From NCBI GenBank assembly GCA_964450805.1, contig CAYVDD010000001.1, positions 6,595 through 70,594 on the forward strand: a DNA stretch of 64,000 bases, in the 5' to 3' direction. Positions within the stretch are counted from its first letter, which is position 1, and each line of letters starts with the position of its first letter. A program made the translations under genes and the position numbers. A model generated the notes under the pieces. The model was not told where the DNA came from. It did not search any database and was given only the letters and a program-made list of their open reading frames with translations. Source of the DNA: an uncultured Candidatus Saccharibacteria bacterium (lineage in GTDB: Bacteria; Patescibacteriota; Minisyncoccia; Minisyncoccales; JANBVM01). This document shows positions 1 to 10,558 of this stretch, one piece after another.

Positions 1-2
1 TA

Positions 3-614
3 ATAAAGATTGAAGTTAAAAATGAAGAGAATTCCAAAAAGAAAAAAGCAAGCGTTTTAGAATACAAGATTAATCCTCAGGCAACAATTTTAGTTAAGCC
101 AGGACAAATGGTAGAAAAAGGCCAGCAACTTTGCGAAGGAAGTTTAGAATTAAAAGAATTATTTAAATTTGTTGGCAAAGAAAAAACTTGGCGATATATA
201 GTGCAAGAGATTCAAAAAATTTATTTCTCTCAAGGCGCTCAAATTCATGACAAGCACTTGGAGGTTATTATCCGTCAGATGTTTTCCCGAGTTAAAATTA
301 AAGATCCAGGAGATAGTATTTTTACTACTGGAGAGATTGTTGAAAGAACAATATTTACGGAAGAGAAGCTTAGATTAAAAGAATTAAAAAAAGCTAAAAA
401 AGATATTCAGACTCCTAAATCTGTACCAGTTTTATTGGGGATCTCAAAAGTAGCTTTAACAACAGATTCGTTTTTGTCTGCTGCATCATTCCAGGAAACT
501 TCCCGTGTTTTAATTAAAGCAGCAGTTGAAGGCAAGGAAGACAGACTTAAAGGCTTAAAAGAAAACGTTATTATTGGGAAGTTAATTCCATCAGGAACAG
601 GTTTTAAAAACTGA
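3..614 (+). CDS. rpoC: RNA polymerase beta-prime subunit, C-terminal end (5' part outside window)
   Basis: Frame 3 is open from base 3 with no stop before the tracked Met at 108. The tail LLGISKVALTTDSFLSAASFQETSRVL...GKLIPSGTGF is the conserved beta-prime C-terminus. Confidence 0.85.
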   Translation: MKIEVKNEENSKKKKASVLEYKINPQATILVKPGQMVEKGQQLCEGSLELKELFKFVGKEKTWRYIVQEIQKIYFSQGAQIHDKHLEVIIRQMFSRVKIKDPGDSIFTTGEIVERTIFTEEKLRLKELKKAKKDIQTPKSVPVLLGISKVALTTDSFLSAASFQETSRVLIKAAVEGKEDRLKGLKENVIIGKLIPSGTGFKN

Positions 615-717
615 GAACTTCTTGCTTTGCTTTAAGATCCTTATTTTTCAAATCAGCTAAAACATATTATAATATTAATAAAAGGATTAAGCTGTAAGTC
701 TTGTTTTTGATTTGAAA

Positions 718-2892
718 ATGGCAAGAAAAAGAAGAAAAAGAAATAAAAAAAACAGATTATTTTCATTAATTGATTCCATCAACTTCTCTTTTTCTTTGCC
801 AGAAGAAACGCAAAAGCATATTTTGGCTATTGTATTTTTTCTTTTGGCGATTATCCTTGTTTTAAGTTATTTTGGAAAAGCAGGAATAGCTGGCCAGTTT
901 CTTTTTACAAGCCTTGATTTTTTAATAGGAAAAACGATTTTTGTTCTCCCTTTGCTTTTTAGTCTTGCTAGTTCGTCGTTTTTTCTGGCTGAATATAAAG
1001 AAGTGTTAAGGCCTTCATTATTAGCTATTTTAATAACAATTTCAGGTGTTTCTGGAATACTGGAAAAACTAAATCCTGGCATGGGTCAGGGCGGATGGCT
1101 GGGTCATATTTTAACCTGGCCGCTTTTAAAGTTTTTTGGTATTTGGGTAACTCAAATTCTGTTTGTTGCGGCTATTATGATTGGAATAGTAATTTTTTGG
1201 CGTTTATTAAAAAAAGAAACTGTTTCTGAAAAAATTGAGGATGAAGAAGGAAAAACTTCTTTTATTAAAAAAATCTTTGCACCTTCTTTTAGAGTTAAAA
1301 CGATTGAACCTGCTATTTCTTCAAAGGATTCAAAAGAGTCTGAAAAGGAGCAGTTTCTAGACTTGAAGTCTAAAAAAACTAAACCTGTGCCAGTTGGGAT
1401 TGGATATGAGTTGCCGCCATTAAGTTTATTGGAGTCAGCAAGAGACAAACCTTCTGCAGGAGATGTTAAGCTTAATTCAACAATAATCAAAAAAACTTTT
1501 GAGAGTTTTGATATACCCGTTGAAATGTCAGAAATAAATATTGGGCCTACTGTAACTCAATATTCTTTTAAACCGGCTGATGGAATAAAGCTTTCAAGAA
1601 TTACTTCTTTGTCAAATGATTTAGCCCTGGCTCTAGCAAGCCATCCAATACGAATTGAAGCTCCAATACCAGGTAAAAGTTTGGTGGGGGTTGAAGTTCC
1701 TAATAAAGCAAGAGCTTTTGTTCGTTTAAAGGAATTGATTTCTGATTCAAAATTCCAAAACAGTTCTGATAATTTAATGGTTTGTTTTGGAAGCGATGTC
1801 TCTGGTCAGGCTATTTATAATCATTTGACAAAAATGCCCCATCTTTTAGTAGCTGGTTCTACAGGAACTGGTAAAACAATTTTTCTTAATAATTTGATTA
1901 TTTCTCTTCTTTATAAAAACTCACCTGAAATTTTAAAACTTGTTTTGATTGACCCTAAAAGGGTTGAATTTATAATTTATAATGATTTACCCCATCTTTT
2001 ATGTCCAGTCATTATTGATTCCCAAAGAGCAACCAATGCTCTGAAATGGTTAACCGAAGAAATGGATAGAAGGTTTAAGAGTTTGGCTCGAGTAAAGTCA
2101 AAAAACATAATGGGCTATAATGAAAAAGCCTTTGAAAATAAAATTGAACCTCTTCCTTACATTGTTGTAGTAATTGATGAGTTAGCTGATTTAATGTCAG
2201 CAAAAGGAAGGGAAGTGGAAAGCGCGATTGTAAGGTTAGCGCAAATGGCAAGAGCGGTTGGAATTCACCTGGTAGTTGCAACTCAAAGGCCTTCAGTTGA
2301 AGTTATTACTGGATTAATTAAGGCAAATATTACTTCAAGGGTGACTTTTCAGGTGGCTTCTCAAATTGATTCAAGAACTGTCTTGGATACAGCAGGAGCA
2401 GAGAAACTTCTTGGTTTAGGAGATATGCTTTTCATTTCAGCTGAAAACATTAAACCAAAAAGAATTCAAGGAGCCTATGTTTCAGAAAATGAAGTTAAAA
2501 AAATAACAAAATGGATAAGTGCAAAAACTGATGAATATTTAAACCAGGAAGCAGGACCGGAGATAGAAGAAGTTCAAGATAGTCTGATAAAAGCTCTTAA
2601 TCAAACTGACGCAGGACCAGTAGAGGACTCATCAGATTCTTCTTTTAAGGATTCTTTATATGAAGAGGCAAAGAGAATAGTAGTTGAAAACCAAAGAGCT
2701 TCTGCTTCTTTGCTTCAGCGAAAATTAAGAGTTGGTTATGCAAGGGCTGCCAGATTAATAGATATGCTGGAAGACAATAAAATAATAGGGCCAAGTAGAG
2801 GAGCTAAGGCAAGAGAAGTTTATCTTACTGAAGAAAAAAAAGATTATGCTGAAGAGTCTGAGTCTGAAGAAGAAGAGTGGCATCAGGTGTAA
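718..2892 (+). CDS. ftsK: DNA translocase FtsK/SpoIIIE
   Basis: N-terminal TM helices, Walker A AGSTGTGKT, Walker B VVVIDELADLM, and a C-terminal gamma-like winged helix (ASASLLQRKLRVGYARAARLIDMLE). The ATG at 718 is preferred over the tracked TTG at 712. Confidence 0.9.
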   Translation: MARKRRKRNKKNRLFSLIDSINFSFSLPEETQKHILAIVFFLLAIILVLSYFGKAGIAGQFLFTSLDFLIGKTIFVLPLLFSLASSSFFLAEYKEVLRPSLLAILITISGVSGILEKLNPGMGQGGWLGHILTWPLLKFFGIWVTQILFVAAIMIGIVIFWRLLKKETVSEKIEDEEGKTSFIKKIFAPSFRVKTIEPAISSKDSKESEKEQFLDLKSKKTKPVPVGIGYELPPLSLLESARDKPSAGDVKLNSTIIKKTFESFDIPVEMSEINIGPTVTQYSFKPADGIKLSRITSLSNDLALALASHPIRIEAPIPGKSLVGVEVPNKARAFVRLKELISDSKFQNSSDNLMVCFGSDVSGQAIYNHLTKMPHLLVAGSTGTGKTIFLNNLIISLLYKNSPEILKLVLIDPKRVEFIIYNDLPHLLCPVIIDSQRATNALKWLTEEMDRRFKSLARVKSKNIMGYNEKAFENKIEPLPYIVVVIDELADLMSAKGREVESAIVRLAQMARAVGIHLVVATQRPSVEVITGLIKANITSRVTFQVASQIDSRTVLDTAGAEKLLGLGDMLFISAENIKPKRIQGAYVSENEVKKITKWISAKTDEYLNQEAGPEIEEVQDSLIKALNQTDAGPVEDSSDSSFKDSLYEEAKRIVVENQRASASLLQRKLRVGYARAARLIDMLEDNKIIGPSRGAKAREVYLTEEKKDYAEESESEEEEWHQV

Positions 2893-2938
2893 TCAAGGAC
2901 TTGAATTAATTCTTTTAAAATTATAATTTAAAACAGGT

Positions 2939-3934
2939 ATGGTAAAAAAGAAAAAAAACAAAAAAGAAAATATTGGATTAAGTGATGCAGTAGCTGAAAT
3001 CCATCAGAAATTCGGAGAAGGTTCAATTATGAAGCTTAAAGAAAGTGTTTTTTCTAATGTTGCTGCGCTTCCAACTGGTTGTTTGTCTTTGGATTTGGCT
3101 CTAGGTATAGGAGGCGTGCCAAGAGGCAGGGTGGTTGAAATCTATGGACCGGAAATGGCTGGTAAAAGTACTTTAGGCCTGCATATTATAGCTGAAGCTC
3201 AAAAACAGGGAGGGGTAGGAGCTTTTATTGATGCTGAACATGCTATGGATCCTGATTATGCCAAGAGAATCGGAGTTAATGTTGATGATTTATTGATTTC
3301 CCAGCCTAATTCTGGAGAACAGGCACTTCAAATTGTTGAGACTTTAGTTAGGTCAGGTGAAGTTGATGTAATTGTTATTGATTCAGTAGCTGCTTTAGTT
3401 CCGCAGGCTGAAATTGCAGGAGAAATGGGAGAATTTCAAATTGGTCTTCAAGCACGATTAATGAGTCAAGCATTGCGAAAGCTTTCTGGAATAATTTCCA
3501 AAACAAAAACAATAGTTATCTTTCTAAACCAAACAAGAATGAAAATAGGGATTATGTTCGGTAACCCTGAAACAACACCCGGTGGTTTGGCTTTAAAGTT
3601 CTATGCTTCAGTTAGGATCAATTTAAGAAGAATCGCCCAGATAAAGCACGGAGACAATATTATTGGAAACAGGATAAAAGCAAAAATCGTTAAAAATAAA
3701 GTTGCAGCCCCGTTTAAAATCGCTGAATTTGATATTTACTATAATGAAGGAATTTCTTATTTAGCAGATATTTTAAATACAGGTATAAAACATGAAATTA
3801 TTAAAAAATCAGGAGCTTGGCTGCAATATAATGATATAAAGATTGGCCGTGGAATTGAGGCTGGTAAAAAGTTTCTAAAAGAAAATCCAAAAATTGTTAA
3901 AGAAATAAGAAAAGCCATTATAGAACAGGCTTAA
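2939..3934 (+). CDS. recA: Recombinase RecA
   Basis: [14 protein letters not shown]-loop, [10 protein letters not shown], and [10 protein letters not shown]-type L2 region. There is a short Lys-rich N-terminal extension. Confidence 0.95.
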   Translation: MVKKKKNKKENIGLSDAVAEIHQKFGEGSIMKLKESVFSNVAALPTGCLSLDLALGIGGVPRGRVVEIYGPEMAGKSTLGLHIIAEAQKQGGVGAFIDAEHAMDPDYAKRIGVNVDDLLISQPNSGEQALQIVETLVRSGEVDVIVIDSVAALVPQAEIAGEMGEFQIGLQARLMSQALRKLSGIISKTKTIVIFLNQTRMKIGIMFGNPETTPGGLALKFYASVRINLRRIAQIKHGDNIIGNRIKAKIVKNKVAAPFKIAEFDIYYNEGISYLADILNTGIKHEIIKKSGAWLQYNDIKIGRGIEAGKKFLKENPKIVKEIRKAIIEQA

Positions 3935-3960
3935 TTAATATATTTGAAGAAATTAAAAAT

Positions 3961-3985
3961 AGAGCCTTTTCAGGCTCTATTTTTG
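3961..3985. terminator. Hairpin plus T-run between convergent recA and rpsR
   Basis: agagcc-ttttc-aggctct followed by atttttg. It sits between convergent genes. Confidence 0.6.
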
Positions 3986-4000
3986 ATTTATAGATTTAAT

Positions 4001-4198
4001 TTATTTCATTATATAGGGTAATAATCCCAAGGTTCTTGCTCTTTTTATAGCTTGAGCTAATTTTCTTTGATGAGTAGAACAAACACCAGTTCTTTTTTTG
4101 GCTCTGATTTTTGCTAAGCCAGAAATAAATCTGGACAGAAGTTTAGTGTTTTTGTAATCAATTTCTTTAATATTTCTTTGACAAAAATAACAAGGCAT
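4001..4198 (-). CDS. rpsR: 30S ribosomal protein S18
   Basis: CYFC...IDYKN..LLSRFIS...GVCSTHQRKLAQAIKRARTLGLLPY. It is the last gene of an rpsF-ssb-rpsR arrangement. Confidence 0.9.
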   Translation of the reverse strand: MPCYFCQRNIKEIDYKNTKLLSRFISGLAKIRAKKRTGVCSTHQRKLAQAIKRARTLGLLPYIMK

Positions 4199-4234
4199 AA
4201 ATTAATTATGTATTAATGTATTATTGATATGTGT

Positions 4235-4687
4235 TTAAAAAGGGATCTGAGATACATCAATCTCTTCTTCGCCTTCTTCAATAATTGGTATATTTTCTTC
4301 TTTTATTTCTTTTTTCGGCTGTTCTTTTATTTGTTCTTGAGCTGGCATTACTTTTGTTGCATTCCTGGGCCCTAATTGCAAGCGCTGGCCTATAACTTCA
4401 GTTCTATATCTTTTATTGCCAGATGAATCTTCCCAGCTTCTGGTTCTAATCCTTCCTTCTAAAAAAGCCAATGAGCCTTTTGTTAAATATTGGGAGGCGA
4501 TTTCAGCCAGCCTGCCGAATAAAACAATATTATGAAATTCTGGTTGTTGTTGTTTCTGCCCTGATTTATCAGTAAAAAAAGTATCAGTAGCAAATCCAAA
4601 ATTAGCAACTGCTTTTCCCGAAGGAAGTGTTTTTAATTCCGGGTCTCGAGTTAATCTCCCAATTAAAAATACCTTATTTAAATTCAT
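4235..4687 (-). CDS. ssb: Single-stranded DNA-binding protein
   Basis: OB-fold N-terminus MNLNKVFLIGRLTRDPELK...FHNIVLFGRLAE and an acidic tail ending in IPF. Confidence 0.9.
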   Translation of the reverse strand: MNLNKVFLIGRLTRDPELKTLPSGKAVANFGFATDTFFTDKSGQKQQQPEFHNIVLFGRLAEIASQYLTKGSLAFLEGRIRTRSWEDSSGNKRYRTEVIGQRLQLGPRNATKVMPAQEQIKEQPKKEIKEENIPIIEEGEEEIDVSQIPF

Positions 4688-4743
4688 ATTAGACCACGAA
4701 TAACTGCGAATAAAGCACGAATTATTGGTAATTATTCGTAGAA

Positions 4744-5160
4744 TTATTTGCCAAGTATTTCCTCTAATTTTTTCTCAATTTCTTTTAATTCGACCTTTTT
4801 CTTGGGTTTGTCTTTTAGAATTTTAACTTCTTTAGAAGGTTTGATTATTTTTCTTCTTTTCGCTTTGGCTTTGACTAATTTTTTCTTAAACATTAAGTGT
4901 CTTAAGATGTTTTTTTCCGAGCTTAATTCTTTCTCAAGCTCTTTTAATTTTTCTGTTTCTAAATTAAAGATTAAACCAGCTAAAAATGCTTCGTTGAACT
5001 TTTTTATTTTATAAGCAAGCATCTGTTTAATTAAAGGTTCTGTCTTAATAATAGAACCGTTTTCTTTTTCAATTAGAGATTTTATTTTTTCTCCAATACT
5101 TTGAGCCTCTTGTTCTGAAGCTTGAGGAGAAACTAAATAATCAAGTTGATATAATTGCAT
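4744..5160 (-). CDS. rpsF: 30S ribosomal protein S6 with Lys-rich C-terminal extension
   Basis: Position upstream of ssb-rpsR, with an S6-like N-terminal ~95 aa (MQLYQLDYLVSP...ILRHLMF). Confidence 0.75.
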   Translation of the reverse strand: MQLYQLDYLVSPQASEQEAQSIGEKIKSLIEKENGSIIKTEPLIKQMLAYKIKKFNEAFLAGLIFNLETEKLKELEKELSSEKNILRHLMFKKKLVKAKAKRRKIIKPSKEVKILKDKPKKKVELKEIEKKLEEILGK

Positions 5161-5216
5161 GTTTTTCTTAGTAATTTATTTGTGTTTATTGGTTTATGTT
5201 GATAATTATTTGCGTT

Positions 5217-6236
5217 CTAAATTTTGAATTCAATAACATCGCCATCTTTAACCGCATAATCCTTACCCATTGTTTTAACTAATCCTTGTTCCTTGGCTTT
5301 TGACCATGACCCTGTTGAAACTAATTCGTTCCAGTTAATAACTTCAGCCCTTATAAATTTATTCATAAAATCTGAATGAACCACGCCTCCAGCCTCCTTA
5401 ATTCCTAAACCTTTGGTTAGTGTCCAGGCTTTTACTTCCTTGCCTCCAGTTACTGTAAAAAAGGTTATTAAATTTAAAATGTCATAACAAGATAAAATTA
5501 CTTTATCCAGCTGGGATTTTAATCCAAGACTTTTTTTGTCTTCTTCTGAAAGCTCTAAAAAATCTTCTTCATCCTTTAAGTTTATTAATAAATGATCAAA
5601 TAAAGGCTTTGTAAATTCTTGTTTGCCGTTAGTGTTTAATATATACACAATTGGCTTGGTTGTCAAAAGCTGATGCTTTTTAATTTCTGCTTTTTCTTCA
5701 TCTGTCAGCTTAATTTCTGAAATTAATTTACCCTGATTTATCTGGTCCTTTATTTTTTTAAGAATTTCACTTTTTCTTAAGTTTCCTTTTTTTTCTATTT
5801 TTGAAATAGTATTTTTTAATGTTTCCAAATCTTTCATCAACAGCTCAACATTAATTACCTCAATTTCTTTTTCAGGATTAATTTCTCCTAAAACGTTTTC
5901 AATTTCAGGTTTGTCAAAAACTCTTACAATTTGCAAAAGAGCATTGCAGTTTTTAATTTGAGCCAAAAACTGGTTTCCCAATCCTTCTCCTTTATGAGCG
6001 CCTTTAACTAAACCTGCAATATCAATAAACTCAATCGTGGTTGAAGTGGTTTTTTCTGGCCCAATAACTTCACTTAAACCTTTAAGCCTTTCATCTGGCA
6101 CAGACACTTTTCCGATATTTGGATTAATAGTAGTAAAAGGACGAGGAGCTATTTTAACTTCTTTTTTGGTGAGTGTTTTAAAAATAGTGGATTTGCCTAC
6201 ATTTGGCAATCCAATTATTCCTATTGAGAAGCTCAT
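5217..6236 (-). CDS. ychF: Ribosome-binding ATPase YchF
   Basis: GIIGLPNVGKSTIF P-loop and a C-terminal TGS-like VRAWTL.KG...DFIRAEV region. The start is moved to the ATG at 6236 because a TTGACA-17-TATTAT promoter (6271-6243, minus strand) covers the tracked ATG at 6263. Confidence 0.85.
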   Translation of the reverse strand: MSFSIGIIGLPNVGKSTIFKTLTKKEVKIAPRPFTTINPNIGKVSVPDERLKGLSEVIGPEKTTSTTIEFIDIAGLVKGAHKGEGLGNQFLAQIKNCNALLQIVRVFDKPEIENVLGEINPEKEIEVINVELLMKDLETLKNTISKIEKKGNLRKSEILKKIKDQINQGKLISEIKLTDEEKAEIKKHQLLTTKPIVYILNTNGKQEFTKPLFDHLLINLKDEEDFLELSEEDKKSLGLKSQLDKVILSCYDILNLITFFTVTGGKEVKAWTLTKGLGIKEAGGVVHSDFMNKFIRAEVINWNELVSTGSWSKAKEQGLVKTMGKDYAVKDGDVIEFKI

Positions 6237-6337
6237 AAAAGAATAATAACCGCTTAGAGACATTCTGTCAATTTGATTTTATGAATTATTACATGTCATT
6301 GACATTAGAGCTTGCGGTAATGATATAATTAAAATAT

Positions 6338-7717
6338 ATGAAAATTAATCCAGACATATTTAGAAACTATGATATTAGAGGAATAGCAGGAAAAGATTTA
6401 AATCCAGAGATTATTAATTTAATTGGCAAGGCTTTTGGTACTTATCTTCTTGAAAGAGGAACAAAAGAAGTTTTAGTTGGCAGAGATGCCCGGGCGACTT
6501 CAGAGGCCTATCAAAAGGCCATTATTGATGGTTTAACGTCTGTTGGTTGTGATGTTATTGATATTGGTCTTGTTGTTTCCTGCTTTCTTTATTTTGCCCG
6601 CCAGCATTATAAGATTGATGGAGGAGTAATGATAACAGCGAGCCATAATCCAGTAGAGTGGAACGGATTAAAACTTTGCCATGGTTTAAACGCTATTATT
6701 GGAGAAGAAATACAAAAAGTAAAAAACATTTTAATATCGCAGAAATTTAAGCAAGGAAAAGGGAATATAAGGTCTCTTGATATTGCTCCTTTATATTTCA
6801 AGGCTGTCCAGGATAGAGTAAAACTTAATAGAAAATTAAAGATTGTTGTTGACTGCGGAAGCGCAACTCCATCTGTTTTTTTACCTGAATTTCTGGAAAA
6901 GCTTGGCTGTGAGGTTGTTCCAATTTACTGCAAAATTGATTCCAATTTTCCAAGAGGAGCAATTGACCCAGCGAAATTATCTCATTACAAAGACCTGGTT
7001 AAAGCAGTGAAAGACAATCAGGCAGATGTTGGAGTTATATTTGATGGGGATGGAGACAGGGTAGGATTTGTAGATGAGAAGGGTCAGATTTGGTTGGGAG
7101 ACATGATTTTAACTCTTTTAATAAAAGATATAATTCCTCACAATCCTGGACGAAAAGTTATTGTTGAATTAAAAGATTCAGAAATTGTGGCTGAAGAAAC
7201 AGAAAGACTGGGAGGTATTCCTATTTTTTGGAAAACAGGCCATGCTTTACTAGACCATAAGGTTTTTGAGGAAAAAGCTATTTTATGTGGAGAAATGAGT
7301 TGTCATTATTGGGTAGTTGATAATTGGTATGTTTTTGACGATGCATTATATACTTTAGCCAGGGTTTTGAAAATTATTTCAAATTCCAACAAGAACTTGT
7401 CTGAATTAATGGCAGAAATACCAAAATATCCATCAACTCCAGAACTCAGAATTGATTGCCCGGAAGAAAAAAAATTTGAAATAGTTAAAGAATTAGTTGA
7501 ATATTTCAGGCCAAAGTGTAGCAAGGTTATAGATATAGACGGGATAAGGGGATATATTGAGGACGGTTGGTTTTTAATCAGGGCTTCTAATACCCAGCCA
7601 ATGCTTACCATAAGAGCTGAAGCTAAAACAGAAAATGGCTTGGAGAAAATAAAAAAAATCTTGCAAAACAAGATAAATCAGTATCCTTTTTTAAAGCTGG
7701 ATTGGGAAAAATATTAA
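6338..7717 (+). CDS. Phosphoglucomutase/phosphomannomutase family protein
   Basis: Active-site loop TASHNPVEWNGLK, metal loop FDGDGDRVGF, and four-domain length. Confidence 0.85.
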   Translation: MKINPDIFRNYDIRGIAGKDLNPEIINLIGKAFGTYLLERGTKEVLVGRDARATSEAYQKAIIDGLTSVGCDVIDIGLVVSCFLYFARQHYKIDGGVMITASHNPVEWNGLKLCHGLNAIIGEEIQKVKNILISQKFKQGKGNIRSLDIAPLYFKAVQDRVKLNRKLKIVVDCGSATPSVFLPEFLEKLGCEVVPIYCKIDSNFPRGAIDPAKLSHYKDLVKAVKDNQADVGVIFDGDGDRVGFVDEKGQIWLGDMILTLLIKDIIPHNPGRKVIVELKDSEIVAEETERLGGIPIFWKTGHALLDHKVFEEKAILCGEMSCHYWVVDNWYVFDDALYTLARVLKIISNSNKNLSELMAEIPKYPSTPELRIDCPEEKKFEIVKELVEYFRPKCSKVIDIDGIRGYIEDGWFLIRASNTQPMLTIRAEAKTENGLEKIKKILQNKINQYPFLKLDWEKY

Positions 7718-8691
7718 ATCAGCCCCATTCTCTTTTTTATTTCTTGAATATTTGATTGAGCAATGTTTTGGGCTTTTTTTCTTCCCTGCTTTAAAATCTC
7801 TCTAACATAAACTTTTCTTTTAATAAGTTCTTTTCTTTTTTCTCTAAATGGTTTTAATGAATTTACGAGTAAAGTGGCAAGAGATTTTTTCAGTTCTTGA
7901 TAACCTTTATTTTTAAAGTCTTTTTCAATTTTTTTAATTGATTTTCCTGAAAATAAAGAATAGATGGTTAAAAGATTAGAGACACCTGGTTTTTTCTTTG
8001 GGTTATAGATAATTTTTCTTCCTGTGTCTGTTACTGCAGACATTATTTTTTTTCTAATAATTACTGGTTCTTCAAAAAGAGCAATATAAGAGGCTGGCCC
8101 TAAAGATTTTGACATTTTTTTCTTTGGATTATTCAGAGCCATTATTTTTGCACCAAACTTTGGAATATAAGCTTTTGGTATTTTAAAGGTTTTTCCAAAT
8201 CTTGAATTGAATTTTTTAGCTATTGTTTTAGTGAGTTCAACATGCTGTTTTTGGTCTTTTCCAACTGGAACCATATCAGTTTGATAAAGCAAGATGTCAG
8301 CAGCCATAAGTACAGGATAGTTTATAATACCTGCTCCAATTGAGCCTTTGAACTGTTTAGATTTTTCTTTGTATTGAGTCATTCGTTGCAGTTCTCCAAT
8401 AGGAGTTATTGTGTTTAAGAGCCAAGCTAATTCACTGTGTTCTTTGATTTCTGATTGAACAAAGAGGATTGATTTTTCCGGATTAACTCCAGCTGCCAAA
8501 TAACATATTGCAGTATCTAAAATATTTTCCTTAAGGTTTTTGGGCTGAAAGGGAACAGTAATAGCATGAAGGTCAACAATACAGAAAATACATTCAGCTT
8601 TTTTTTGAAGCTCAACCCATTGTTTTAATGCTCCTAAATAATTTCCAATATGCATTGTGCCGCTTGGCTGAATTCCGCTAAAAACCCTCAT
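7714..8691 (-). CDS. trpS: Tryptophan--tRNA ligase
   Basis: SGIQPSG..HIGNYLGA (HIGH-type), KMSKS, and PVGKDQKQHVEL. The ATG at 8691, with an upstream AGG, is preferred over the tracked TTG at 8706. Confidence 0.9.
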   Translation of the reverse strand: MRVFSGIQPSGTMHIGNYLGALKQWVELQKKAECIFCIVDLHAITVPFQPKNLKENILDTAICYLAAGVNPEKSILFVQSEIKEHSELAWLLNTITPIGELQRMTQYKEKSKQFKGSIGAGIINYPVLMAADILLYQTDMVPVGKDQKQHVELTKTIAKKFNSRFGKTFKIPKAYIPKFGAKIMALNNPKKKMSKSLGPASYIALFEEPVIIRKKIMSAVTDTGRKIIYNPKKKPGVSNLLTIYSLFSGKSIKKIEKDFKNKGYQELKKSLATLLVNSLKPFREKRKELIKRKVYVREILKQGRKKAQNIAQSNIQEIKKRMGLI

Positions 8692-8695
8692 AAAT

Positions 8696-10414
8696 TTATA
8701 CCTCAATTATCACGGGCAAGACCATTGGTCTTCTTTTCGTGATTTTAAATAAAAATTGACCTATTTTATTTCTAAGCTCATCTTTAACATAGCTCCAATT
8801 AACTGCTCCTCCAGAGCCTGTAGCTCTATCCACAATGCCAATTACTCTTTGTCTCGTGTCTTTTAGCAGTTTTTTTGATTCTCTCAAATAAACAAACCCT
8901 CTTGATATTATATCAGGAGAACCAATTACCTTTCCAGTTTGTCTGTCAACAATAGCTATAATTACAAACATGCCGTCTGTTGCCAATATTTGCCTGTCTC
9001 TTAAGACTATTTCACCAACATCTCCAACTCCCAGCCCATCAACCATAATATAATTTGAAGCTACCTTTTCCTGTTCAATATTGATTCTATTCTTTGTTAG
9101 GCTGATAACCTGTCCATTTTCAGGCAGAACGATGTTTTTTTCATTAATACCTAATTCTTTTGCAATTTCAGCGTGAGATATTAGCATTGAATGCTGTCCA
9201 TGGATAGGGAAAAAGAATTTTGGTTTAATTATTTTAATCATTTGTTTTAACTCTTCTTTTTTACCGTGGCCTCCTGCATGAATATCCATCATTTTATAAT
9301 GAAAAACTTTAGCTCCCTGTTTTAGAATTTCATCCTTAATATTCTGGACTGTTCTTTCATTACCAGGAATTACTGAGGAAGAGAAAATTACAGAATCGTT
9401 TCTTTTAATTTTAATAAAACGATGCTCTTTACTGGCAATTCTCATCAGGGCTGCTCTTGCTTCTCCTTGCGCTCCAGTACATAAAATTGTTACTTGAGAA
9501 TCAGGATAGTTTTTAATTTGCTTAGAATTAATAAATGTTGTTTTTTTCGCCTTAATATAACCAAGCTGTTTTGCAATTTCAACGTTTGTTTTCATTGAAT
9601 AACCTTCAATACAAACCTTTCTTTTATATTTTTCTGAAATACTTATAATCTGCTGAATTCTGTTTATCAAAGAAGCAAAAGTAGCAGAAATTATTCTTCC
9701 ATGTGCGATTTTGAAAATTTCTTCTAAATTCTCTGAAATTTCTTTTTCTGATAAAGAATGCCCTTGTTCTTCTGCTCCAGTTGAGTCTGAAAGCATTAAA
9801 AGCACTTTTCTTTTTCCAAAATCATCTAATTTTTTAAAATCACTGGGTAGATCATTAATTGGATGAGGGTCGAACTTAAAATCAGAAGTATGCAGTATGT
9901 TTCCAATAGGCGTTTCAATGAACAAGCCTAAGTTGTCGGGAATATTGTGATTTTGCCTGAAAAACTCAATTTGAAACTGACCCAGTTTTACTTTTGAGCC
10001 ATTTTTTACTTCTGTAATTTTTGGTTTTGGATATCCATGGAATTCTTCTTGTCTTTTCAAAATTATTCCTCTGGTCAAAGGACTGGCAAAGACTTTTAGA
10101 TTTTTTTTATAAATATGACTGACAAGATAAGGAAAAGCTCCAATATGGTCATAATGACCATGGGTGAATACGATTCCTAAAACATCCTTTTTTCGATTTT
10201 TAAGATATTCAATATTAGGAATAATATAATCTATACCCGGCATATCTTCTTCTGGAAATCTTAAACCAGCATCAATAATAAGGATGCTTTTTTGATACTC
10301 CAGCAGCATCATATTGCGGCCTACCTCACCCAAACCGCCCAAAGGAATAATTCTTAAGTCATTTTTTGTTCTTCTTGTTGATCTTGTTTTAGCTCTTATA
10401 ATTGTTTTTTTCAT
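8696..10414 (-). CDS. rnj: Ribonuclease J
   Basis: Metallo-beta-lactamase motif THGHYDHIG, a beta-CASP region and an RNase J C-terminal domain. The size is 572 aa. Confidence 0.85.
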   Translation of the reverse strand: MKKTIIRAKTRSTRRTKNDLRIIPLGGLGEVGRNMMLLEYQKSILIIDAGLRFPEEDMPGIDYIIPNIEYLKNRKKDVLGIVFTHGHYDHIGAFPYLVSHIYKKNLKVFASPLTRGIILKRQEEFHGYPKPKITEVKNGSKVKLGQFQIEFFRQNHNIPDNLGLFIETPIGNILHTSDFKFDPHPINDLPSDFKKLDDFGKRKVLLMLSDSTGAEEQGHSLSEKEISENLEEIFKIAHGRIISATFASLINRIQQIISISEKYKRKVCIEGYSMKTNVEIAKQLGYIKAKKTTFINSKQIKNYPDSQVTILCTGAQGEARAALMRIASKEHRFIKIKRNDSVIFSSSVIPGNERTVQNIKDEILKQGAKVFHYKMMDIHAGGHGKKEELKQMIKIIKPKFFFPIHGQHSMLISHAEIAKELGINEKNIVLPENGQVISLTKNRINIEQEKVASNYIMVDGLGVGDVGEIVLRDRQILATDGMFVIIAIVDRQTGKVIGSPDIISRGFVYLRESKKLLKDTRQRVIGIVDRATGSGGAVNWSYVKDELRNKIGQFLFKITKRRPMVLPVIIEV

Positions 10415-10475
10415 AATTTTTTTAAATTAATATCAAAACTCAACGTCAAATTTGTTTCAGTTTAATAGTTATTAG

Positions 10476-10558
10476 TGCCGAGGGTGGGATTTGAACCCAC
10501 AAGCCCAAGGGGCACGCGGCTCTGAACCGCGTATGTTTTCCAGTTTCATCACCCCGGC
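10476..10558 (-). tRNA. tRNA-Leu (anticodon CAG), class II with long variable arm
   Basis: Hand-folded: acceptor GCCGGGG/CCTCGGC, anticodon stem CGCGG/CCGCG with loop TTCAGAG, and T-arm GTGGG-TTCAAAT-CCCAC. No CCA is encoded. Confidence 0.85.
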